DNA of 64,000 nt from contig NW_003314377.1 in NCBI RefSeq assembly GCF_000143415.4, forward strand, positions 372,001-436,000, written 5' to 3'. Below are positions 1 through 9,682 of this stretch, piece after piece; position 1 is the first letter of the stretch, and each line of letters begins with the position of its first letter. A program made the translations under genes and the position numbers. Source of the stretch: Selaginella moellendorffii. Taxonomy: Eukaryota; Plantae; Lycopodiophyta. Below the pieces are notes generated by a model, which was not told the DNA's origin, searched no databases, and saw only the letters and a list, made by a program, of their open reading frames with translations.

Positions 1-1883
1 TTTTGTCTATGGCCATGTTTGCCAATACTGCCACTGGATTAAGGCCCGCAAGCCCAACCACCAAGTCCCATTGTCCACTAGGACTTCCTCACGGTGTGAC
101 CATATCCTTGGTCGCCACTCTAGAGGACTACTCCTCTTCCTTTCCACAGTCTACAATTTTGGGACAATATTTCAGAACACCATGGCCCTATGTGACCTGG
201 GTACTCTCCTCGCCTTCCACCTTTGGGTGCTCTAGCCATGGGCTTAGAGCGAGGTTCCGTTGAGCCATGCCAGGTATCCAAGTAGGTAGTGCCACCCACA
301 TTTGGACTGGGAGCATTGACCATTCGATCTCCCGGGGGAACTAGAGCCGGCTCTTGAACACTTCACCAAGCTACCCCACTTGTCAGTCCATATTGACTTT
401 AGCCTTGGACTTCCCAGTGGTCATCCCATCAACCAACAGATGGGTATGGCATTCCTGGGCCAAACTGCCCTTTCTTGGCCAAACTGGCTCCACTAGGATC
501 CAACCCCCACACTCTCCCTACCCCTGCAGCCCCCCCCCCACCCTCTGGGGGATGATTGCTTTGGGCTTTCACCCAATAGCCTATATTAGTATTCAGACTC
601 AAACTCGGACTCGAAATCGGACTCGGACTCGGAATCGGACTCAGACTCGGACTTGGACTCGGTCTCGGTCTCAGTCTCGGTCTCGGACTCGGACTTGGTC
701 TTGGTCTCGGTCCCAATTCCATCTCAGACTCCATCTCAAGTCCATCTCAAGTCCATCTCAAACTCCATCTTGGACTCCATCTTGGGTCCATCTCGGACTC
801 CATCTCAGGTCCATCTCGGATCCATCTCGGACTCCATCTCGGACTCCATCTCAGACTCTATCTCGGGTCTCCATCTCGGACTCCATCTCGGGTCCATCTC
901 AGATCCATCTCGGACTCCATCTCGGACTCCATCTCAGGTCCATCTCGGACTCCATCTCGGGTCCATCTCAAGTCCATCTTAGACTCCATCTTGGACTCCA
1001 TCTCAGACTCCATCTCGGGTCCATCTTGGACTCCATCTCAGGTCCATCTCTGATCCATCTCAGACTCCATCTTGGACTCCATCTCGGGTCCATCTCAGGT
1101 CCATCTCGGACTCCATCTCGGGTCCATCTCGGATCCATCTCGGACTCCATCTCAGGTCTATCTCTGATCCATCTCAGACTCCATCTCGGACTCCATCTCG
1201 GGTCCATCTCAGGTCCATCTCGGACTCCATCTGGGACTCCATCTCGGGTCCATCTCGGATCCATCTCGGACTCCATCTCGGGTCCATCTCGGACTCCATC
1301 TTGGACTCCATCTCGGGTCCATCTCAAACTCCATCTCAAGTCCATCTCAAACTCCATCTCGGACTCCATCTTGGGTCCATCTCAAGTCCATCTTGGACTC
1401 CATCTCAGGTCCATCTCTGGTCCATCTCAAACTCCATCTCGGACTCCATCTCGAGTCCATCTCAAACTCCATCTCGGACTCCATCTTGGGTCCATCTCAA
1501 GTCCATCTCGGACTCCATCTCAGGTCCATCTCTGGTCCATCTCAAACTCCATCTCGGACTCCATCTCGAGTCTATCTCAGGTCCATCTCAGACTCTATCT
1601 CGGACTCCATCTCAGGTCCATCTCGGGTCCATCTCGGACTCCATCTTGAACTCTATCTCGGGTCTATCTCGGGTCCTCTTGTGTCCCCTTTTTTAGAGAC
1701 TCACTCATGGCTCGCTTCGTGCTTGTTCCTTGAGCCCTTCATTGGAGTTCCACTCCCCTTCTCGACTTTTCAAGTTAAAGCTTTTAGTCCAAACGAGTTA
1801 TGCTCATTTAGCTTTCACTTTGGCCACTACCACGTGGCACCCTTTCGGCTCCACTTTGGGGCCTAGGGATTTTATGTCTCACA
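1..1883 (-). mobile_element. LTR of large-LTR retrotransposon family X (partial, runs off the window edge)
   Basis: Near-identical to 43897-45708 and 61363-62988 and ends ...GTCTCACA at 1883. Orientation is taken from the PBS next to the copy ending at 60937. Confidence 0.85.
595..1675. repeat. Minisatellite inside the LTR: (GGACTC/GGTCTC)n then ~11-12 bp (GGACTCCATCTC/GGGTCCATCTC)n
   Basis: Tandem array seen directly; it produces the spurious low-complexity ORFs here. Confidence 0.95.
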
Positions 1884-1889
1884 GTAGAG

Positions 1890-1972
1890 TGTAACAAACT
1901 AAAGAAAACAACTTGAAAGCCAATTCATAGAGTTTAAATATAAAGGGAAAAAGCCTATATATCAGAGTGCAC
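1890..1972 (+). mobile_element. First ~80 bp of a degenerate Cassandra LTR, interrupted; it resumes near 11101
   Basis: TGTAACAAACTAAAGAAAACAAC...GAGTGCAC aligns by eye with the reverse complement of the intact Cassandra LTR at 12645-12839. Confidence 0.65.
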
Positions 1973-2552
1973 GGGAAAGTATGGCTCTGATAGCGTAGTC
2001 GGATGCATCAACTTGAACTATAAATTCATGTTTCCAATTCGGTCGAGCGAGTATGGGTGCTCGAACTAAATGATTTTTCAGCGTCTGAAATGCTGTGTCA
2101 CACTCAGAAGTCCACTTGAATGGATTTTGCTTCTTCAACAAGTCAGTTATCGGCCTGCTGATCCGAGCATAATCTCGGATGAATCGTCGGTGATATCCCA
2201 TCTTTCCTAGAAATTTTTGGACACCTGAGACTTCTGTTGGCAGTTTCATATTGAGAATGATTTCTGTCTTTGCCTTGTCTATCAGTATTCCTTGTTTGCA
2301 GACTACATGTCCGAGTAGAACTCTTGATTTGACGAAAAAGGTGCATTTCTCTGGATTCAGAGCGATGTTGTTTTCCTTGCATTTGTTGAAGAAGTTTTGA
2401 AGGCATTCCAAGTGCCTTGCTTGATTTTTAAAGACGCTAAAGTCATCCATGAAGACTTGCATGAAGTTGGTCAGGTATTCCTAAAAAGTCTCAGTTATGA
2501 TTCTATGGAAGGTGAACGGGGCGTTTGTTAGGCCGAATGGCATGCATAAATA
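1962..2552 (-). pseudogene. Ty3/Gypsy (non-chromovirus, Tat/Athila-like) pol fragment: C-terminal half of RT plus start of RNase H
   Basis: [12 protein letters not shown]...VFMDDFSVF (YxDD motif), LNPEKC, FLGKMGYHRRFI, VDASDYAI; one in-frame stop near 2481. Confidence 0.9.
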
Positions 2553-3984
2553 AGCTCATTGGTATGCAGGATCAAACAGGTTAGTCAATGGAAGATATAC
2601 AAATAATCTTCCACTGTGATGTAGCCGAGGTGCGAGGATGAAGGTTTCCATTGCTTCATCGTCGTGGAAGCGGAGAAAATAAAAACGGGAACCACAAGAT
2701 GCCGCTATCGCTACTAGCCCAGTGCGAATGATCAAATCTTCCACATCGTCATTGTTTCCGAAGCTTGTTGGACCACGGACGATGAGCGATGTTGCGAAGG
2801 TACGAACCTGAACTAGAAGTCATTCCACCCGAGACGGACCTGCTTGATCAGGCTGGGGTGGGGCAGGGTCGTTAGGCTCCTCATTACCCGCATCATGCTC
2901 CCTGGGGGTACAACTGCCCCAGAGCTAATAACCTCAAGAAGAATGCAGAACAAATATAGACGCAGCCCCATGCCGAATGTAGTGCAAGTATTCCATATGC
3001 AAGATTCAACCACGATATATACAAGGCCGAGCAGTAATTGATGTCAGGAAATTATGCATTAATTACTAAAGTGTTAAAAAATGCAAGATTAAAACGTACC
3101 GTTTTCAGCGTCAAAGAAAAAATGCTCAAAAATTCAGACAAATGTCAATAAGCTTCATGCAGCAAATCCGATGCAGCCAAGCAACTTACCTGGGGCTATG
3201 GCGGAGAGTTGTGATGACAGGGGAGATGTTCAGGACGAGGAACCTAAGACCGCTCCATCCCAGGACCTAATCGGAAACAGACCCATCTGATGAAACCACT
3301 TCCACTGAGAGGATCATACTTACAACGTCAAGCTTTGGCCTTGGTCCAGCCGTGGACGTTTGGATGGTTCGGAAGTGTGTCGGTCCTCTTTGAGATGTAG
3401 GTCCTCTTTGAGATGTACTCTGGTTGGCGGGCTAACTTTGGGGCTGAAACAAAGAAAACCAATGTGGTCTCCCTGTTTAATCTTGAGGTCTTTGTGAAGA
3501 TTATTCATGACTTCTATCTTGATAGGTGCTGTGGTTGAAAAGTGCGTGATCAATGGAGGCGTTGGAGCTCCTTTACGTCCGAAGATGAAGCACAAAAAAT
3601 TCATCAAATGCGAACTCGGACAGTACGGCCAGTGCTGATTTAAATTTCGTTGCTTGAGAAAAGTTCCCAGCAGTTGCGGATCATTGCTATTCAAGTCTGT
3701 GCCTGGAACCAGAGATACCTTTGCTCCCGGGCTATGTACTCTTCATCTGCGTACGGAATGTAATGGTTGAGCAACTGCGACATGGATCAAGGAATAACAG
3801 AGGCCTATTGCAGATCTATGAAGCTGGTGCCTTGCGCCTTGCGCCTTAGGGTTCATCCCTCCCCTCCGTGTAAAAATTCTTACCTCTAAAACTAAAGCTA
3901 AATTAAATACTAATCCAAAAAAAGCCCCTCCGTCAAATATACAAAACTTAATTATTATATTTGGCCCTAATGTTGCTTGAGTTG

Positions 3985-4290
3985 GTTTGTATACCTTGTG
4001 CTCACAGCTATATTATGAAGAAAATAGTGTATTCAAACTTATGAAGAAAATAGTGTATTCAAACTTATGTTCATAAATGCTATATGCTGGACTCTTTTTG
4101 CAAGGCATATGCTGGAGTGATTTATCCCGTAGACGTTCAACAACTCAAAAAAAATGACATGCTACCTTCAAAGACTCCACGACCTCCAGGACTACCCAAG
4201 AAAAAGCGGATTCGTTCGGAAGATGAAGGAGTGAGTTTTATTGTGGTCGTTGTGGGCAATGTGGTCATAGTCGTCGTACGTGCACTGTTT
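3985..4290 (+). pseudogene. MuDR/Mutator transposase C-terminal fragment (end of SWIM region plus CCHC knuckle)
   Basis: HKCYMLDSFCKAYAGVIYPV...RPPGLPKKKRIRSEDE, then frameshifted CGRCGQCGHSRRTC, which is typical of plant MULE transposase C-termini. Confidence 0.75.
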
Positions 4291-4562
4291 GATTATTATT
4301 ATAATTATGTACGTCGGACAAATACAATTATATATGAACAGATTAATAATGTAGGGAGCACGACCAAGAAAAATAATTTTAAATTTCCTAACATAATATA
4401 AATTACATCGATCGCAGATAAAGCTTCCGACTATTGACAAACAATAGATTGATTGTCGAACGCGTTTCAGAAACTACCCGAACGGTGTACGGACTGCTGA
4501 CCAAGGACCTCGCGGGGACACAACGTGAGACTTAGTCTAAAGCTGAGAGCACTGTCAATGAA

Positions 4563-5712
4563 ATGGATGCTCATCTGGGCCTGGTGACCAATGCGATTTC
4601 TGCGGTGCAAGCGATTCTCAAGGCGAGGGAGGAAATACAGGCTGCGCCAATCAAAATTGTGGACTTAGTAGAGCAGGTGCAGAATGCGGGTAGGCTACTT
4701 TCGAGGGTTCAAGGGCTTCTAGAGCAGGTGTCTGATCCTCAGACACTAGAATCACTGCTTCCTCCTCTGCAGCAACTTGGGCAGGAGCTGAACATTGCCA
4801 AGATTAAAGTGGAAGAGTACAAGTTCAAGGCTACTGGATCGACATCTGTAGTATCTGGAATCAAGACGGTGCTCGGCTATGGTGTTGCAACGCGCAACCG
4901 CAAAGTCGAAGACATCTCCAAGCGCATCCAAAATGCCTTGGTGCAGCTAGACCAAGCGTTGGGTGCGGAGGTCTTTGGGAAGTTCTTTGTCACACCTGCT
5001 TCTGCTGCTGCTGCTGCTGGTGACTCTACTCCCGAGTTAATTTCACAGCTGGACAAACTCAGCATAGAGTCGCTAGACTCTGAAGAGTTCAGTGTATCAG
5101 TGGAGATTGGGGGGATTGAGGGGAGTGAGTTCCATCCGCCCGAACCTGGATTGGAGGTGAAGGTTCAAGGAGACGAGGAAAATCGAGTTGCACGAGATGG
5201 CGGATATGAGCTGCAGAGTTCTAGCAAGCTAAGGTTTGAAATCGCTGTAGAAGATGATGGGTTCTTTTACATCATCACGTATGATCCCGAAGAAGGTGCA
5301 CCTCTGCTTTACTATCCGAAGGTCTCATCAGCCAACAACAGCCTTCGATGGTATGCTTTGAGACTGTGTGTCTTGTCTATGTAATTTGGGTGTTGTGCTG
5401 TGCAGCAAGTTCAATCGCGTCTTCCCAGACAGTAGCAGGCATAAGCATGATCCAAAAAGCTTTCGAGTTGAAAAGAGTGGCCTGAAACGTGTAGGACAGC
5501 AAGCCGTTTACTTCGTCCTCTCTCAAACCAAGTTGCACCAAGGTAAGATTGTTTATCTCGAAGCAAATTCAAACTATTGTTTAGTATGATGACATTTGGT
5601 TCCAGATACACCTTCTAGAAAGCTCGAAATTGAAGAGGTCCAACAAGAGCTACAAGACGACTCCCACCAGATTTATGTTCGGAAGTTTGACTTCGACATC
5701 CTTGGTTCGTGA
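4563..5712 (+). CDS. 343-aa protein: N-terminal MLKL/RPW8/HeLo-like four-helix bundle, Ala-rich/acidic linker, DUF4384-like C-terminal domain. Exons 4563-5350, 5406-5542, 5606-5712
   Basis: Two GT-AG introns (55 and 63 bp) join in frame to TGA at 5710-5712. The first ~140 aa are amphipathic helices. The C-terminus LRFEIAVEDDGFFYIITYDPEEGAPLLYYP...RVFP...FRV...GQQAVYFVLSQTKL fits the DUF4384 pattern by eye. Confidence 0.8.
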
Positions 5713-5756
5713 AGCCATCTTCTCAAATTAGGCGACACAAAGTAGATTACATCCAT

Positions 5757-8700
5757 ATGGCTATGGAACAAAAGCAAGTAGAGCGTGAGATACAAAGCCG
5801 CATTAGTACAGGTATGACGCTGTTCTCAACCGATGTCCAAGCCTCAGCACGCGAGCTTCAGTTGGGCATTAGTTTGGCAGATGAGAAGCTTGACCAAGGC
5901 AGCCACATGTGGAGCACACTAGTGGCTGGGGGAAAATGCATGCTAGGCCAGATCCTGTACATCACCAAGGATTACCCAAGTGCAGTCAAGTACTTGAAGC
6001 AGGGAATAAGTCTAGGGGACTGCCGAGCTTCGTCGTACTATTATCTTGGCAGATCATATGCTCGCGTGGGAGCACTGGACGAGGCATTGGAACAGCTACA
6101 TAGATGCATCGGTTTGGACGGGATAGAGTGGCTGGCCTGCATTGCCAGTTCCGAAGTTCAGCAGGAGTTGAAAAACTATGTGGAGGCAAGTCGAATGGCT
6201 GCAGAAGCAGCACAACGCGCACACAATGCTGGTAGCTTCGCGGATTCTAGCAACTACTGGGCAGTTGCCGGTTCGATAGAGGTTTTGCACACAGGTGATT
6301 ACAAGACTGCGGCAGCCCATCTGGTTTCTTCCATGGAGGCGGCTCTCCTGGTGGAGGACCCTGAACTACAGCTCAGTCGGCTGAGTGATGCAAGTCCGTT
6401 TTTAGTTGATTGCATAGACACTTACAAAGGCTCCTCGCTTGAAAATCTAGAGACTGAAACAGCTGAGCCCAGGGATCATCTAGAGACTGAAACAGCTGAG
6501 CCCAGGATCCCGCATGCGCAGAAGGTAGAAAGATCCTTGAAGCTAAAAAGAGCAGAAGCATATGCACATATGGGAATGGCGCAACTTGTACTGCTCAATT
6601 TAGTCGACAAGGCTTGCAAATGTCTCCATGCTGGTGCTGAATTGCTGCTAAGCGAACATGGATCTTCCGAAGATGCACAAGTAAGAGGAGTGCTGTTCAT
6701 GTTACAGTACACACTTGCCGGGGTTCGCCTTGAGTATGGTACACCCGAGGAAGCTTTGGGGCTGTACGCGCAATGCAAGCTTTTGGCTCCAACACCAAGA
6801 CTCGAGCTCAAGTGCGATGTTCACCTGGCTCACTGTGTCAAGCGCCAAGGTCATTTCCGGGAGGCCACCCAGATGCTGACCAGGCTTTTGACAAACAAGC
6901 AAGGTTTGTTGGCCGAGGAGCGTGATGTCAACGCTCAACTTCTGTTTGAGCTTGGGCAGAGTCTGCTTGGGACTGAGAACACAATCCAAGCCGTTATCAA
7001 CCTTGAGGCCGCAAGAAGACTCTGGGAGGAAGTGGCAGACACTTCAGGCTGCCTGCAGTGGTGCTGGTGCGTTCTTTTCCAAGCTTATATGTTGCTCCAG
7101 CGGTTCTCAGATGCATTGGATCTTGCTAAGCTGATATCAAGTAACTTGGAGAAACTGGCACCAGGCGCAGAGCAGCTCTGGTACTTGATCAATGGGGGTA
7201 ACTTTGCTTTTTTCGAAGATCACGAGTTTGTACGGGACAAGCTTACAGCATGCCTCGACACTGGCAGCCAGGAACACGATTGGCTGGAAAAAACCAGCAT
7301 ACTCCTCAATCTGGGGAACGCTTACCGGCAACTTGGGGACTCGGATGCAGCTTTGGAGAAATATGAGGAAGTGTTTGCCTGCATTTCTAGGCTTTCGATA
7401 CAGGAGGAGGCTCTAGTCCAGGACACTCTGGCATGCGTGCACCTCAACCGCTCCGTGGTTTACAGGAACCAGGCGCTAGAGGAAAACCAGAGCAGGTGGA
7501 TCGAATTAAGCAACAAGCAACTGACTGAGGCACAAGCAGCAGTGACAATATATCAGCAAGCTGGTCAAGCCCCTTCAGAGCTGGGATTCGCGTACCTTTC
7601 ACAAGCAGCTGCTCTCATCAACCTAAAGAGCTATAGAGATGCTGAAGCATGTCTAGACAGGGCTGAAGCTCTAACTAGCGGCAGCGAGCTTAAAACTGCC
7701 AAGGTCATGCTCGTGCGAGCTGGACTCCTAGAGGGCAAAGATGAACTCGAGAGAGCACAAGTCTCTGCACACAAGGCACTCTTACTGCTAATGGAGATGC
7801 AGAGTAGGTTAAGAGGCCTGGAACATGCATGGGTGACTTTACTTGCTGGAGACATGAGGAAGGCCTTCTATTTTATGCAGAAGCTGCTTATTGCAAGCAA
7901 TAGGTACATGGACGCTCTCTTATGGGCCGAGAGGAGCAGGATGCGGCTATATTTCTACAACATCAACCAACGAACTGTGTAATGAGATTACCACGTTTGT
8001 TCACAATCTTGATTTCTTTTAACTCTGAAACAGGCAAGATGGAGAAGAGGGGGGCCTCTTGCGCTTCGACAGGGATGACCAGTACGCCATTGATTGCATC
8101 CGCGAGGCCGTGACAAGCTGTCCTCCAGGATCGGCGGTGGTGGAGTACACGTGTCCAACAAGTACGGAGGACGTCTTATACATATACGTCGTTCAGCAGG
8201 AGCAGTGTGCAGTTCATGTGCGGCAGGTACGCGTCTGTCGAGTTGTATGCTCTACTCAACCTATCATCTCAGGTGGACTTGAAGAATTTTTTCAGCAGCA
8301 AGCCGAACAAGAGGCTAGGCAAACGCTTGGACGCTCTTGTGAAGCGAACTCGGACAGCCATTGCCAAGGACACAGCTGAAGTTAAGGTCGGCCTGGGGAT
8401 CCTTCACGAGTTACTCATCGTCCCAGTTCAGGAACTCCTGGCGAGCTGCAGCAGCGTAATCTTTGCTCCCCATGACGTCCTGTCACTGGTGCCATTTGCT
8501 GCACTGTACGATGGAAACGAGTTCCTTGTGAAAAACAAGGCAGTGGGGACGGTACCATCACTTCGAGCTCTGGGCCGCTGCCTCATCCGGCAGGAGGAGT
8601 TTGCCAAGAGAGACAGAGCAACAGCTTTCGTGGCCGGAAATCCAGAGCCGATGGGCCTGGGTCTACCCCAGCTCAAAGGAGCAGCTCAAGAGGCGGGTGA

Positions 8701-9362
8701 AGTTGGACAACAGCTTGGTGTGGACGCTGTTATAGGCTCCGGAATGACGAAGGCACAGGTGATGAGCAATATGAGCAAGGCCAGCGTCGTCGTGCTCGTC
8801 ACTCACGGGCTTTTGGACCGCTACTTTCAGCATGGGGCTCTAGTCATGCAAGCGGGCTCCACAGCGAGTGTTGCTGGGATGCGAGAAGCTGCGAGCAGTG
8901 CTCTAGTCATGCAATCGGCGGCTGCGAGTGCTGAAGCTGCAAAGTGCAGAACTGATGAGGTGATCACAGCCAAGGAGATCGAGACACTCGAAGTTCAAGC
9001 AGGCTTGGTGGTTCTCAGTGCTTGCCACGCTGGTGAAGGTCAAGTCTCAAGCGAAGGCTTGCTTGGACTGGGGCGTGCTGTGCTTCAAGCAGGTGCTGTT
9101 TGTGTTCTGGTCACGCTGTGGAAAGTGAACGACGCTGCAACTCCAGAGCTGGTAACAGGTACGCCAAAGCCAGGCCCAGCTTCTGTCTCATTTTTGTGCT
9201 TCTGTTTTATCAGGATTTTTTGACGAACTCCTTAGAGGACGACGTAATGTTCACGACGCTCTCAGAGCAGCAATGCTCAGAATGCTACACTTAGACATGC
9301 CAGTTCGTATATGGGCACCTATGGTGGCCTTTGGTTCGCCAGGACTGATGTTAAATTGGTGA
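5757..9362 (+). CDS. ~1149-aa TPR-repeat plus CHAT (caspase HetF associated with TPRs) protease. Exons 5757-7978, 8034-8226, 8273-9158, 9214-9362
   Basis: Three GT-AG introns (55, 46, 55 bp) restore one open frame. TPR motifs (YYYLGRSYARVG, LNLGNAYRQLGDSDAALEKY), ALLWAERSR, IFAPHDVLSLVPFAAL, catalytic VTHG (His codon 8804) and LVVLSAC (Cys codon 9023), TLWKVND, and C-terminal ALRAAML...WAPMVAFG. Confidence 0.92.
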
Positions 9363-9449
9363 GGTTGTGGCTGAAGTGTTGTGTGATTGATTGTGGTGTT
9401 CGTATCAATGTATGTTAATTTATAAATATTCAGTCATTCATAACACCTT

Positions 9450-9678
9450 TCAATATGTTTCTTCATTGTCACAATCCTGTTCAACCTCTGTATAGTCTTT
9501 TTCTAGGGCTGCCAAGTCTTCTCTGGCAATGGAGAGCTCTCCCTCTTCCATACCTTCACCAACATACCAATGCACAAAAGCCCATTTAGCAAACATAAGA
9601 TCGAATTTGTGACTTATGTGAGAAAAAACTTCTGCAACAGCAGTGTTGTTGCTAATCATGCACACTGCCCTCTTGACA
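9450..9678 (-). pseudogene. TUA: Alpha-tubulin C-terminal fragment (captured)
   Basis: [62 protein letters not shown] is clearly alpha-tubulin; it is 5'-truncated and has substitutions at conserved residues. Confidence 0.93.
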
Positions 9679-9682
9679 CTAG

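Noticed and set aside
354-1866. Long Ser/Arg/His-rich ORFs (also 44761-45735 and 62155-63021)
   Set aside because: They are translations of the LTR minisatellite, open in several frames on both strands, and are not genes.
4563-9362. Bacterial contamination as the source of the CHAT locus
   Set aside because: Five spliceosomal introns are needed to restore the frames, and the locus is embedded in plant TEs.
2553-9682. Firm Helitron call for the cargo block
   Set aside because: The A/T target and CTAG end fit, but the 5' TC and the subterminal hairpin are missing; kept only as a hypothesis.
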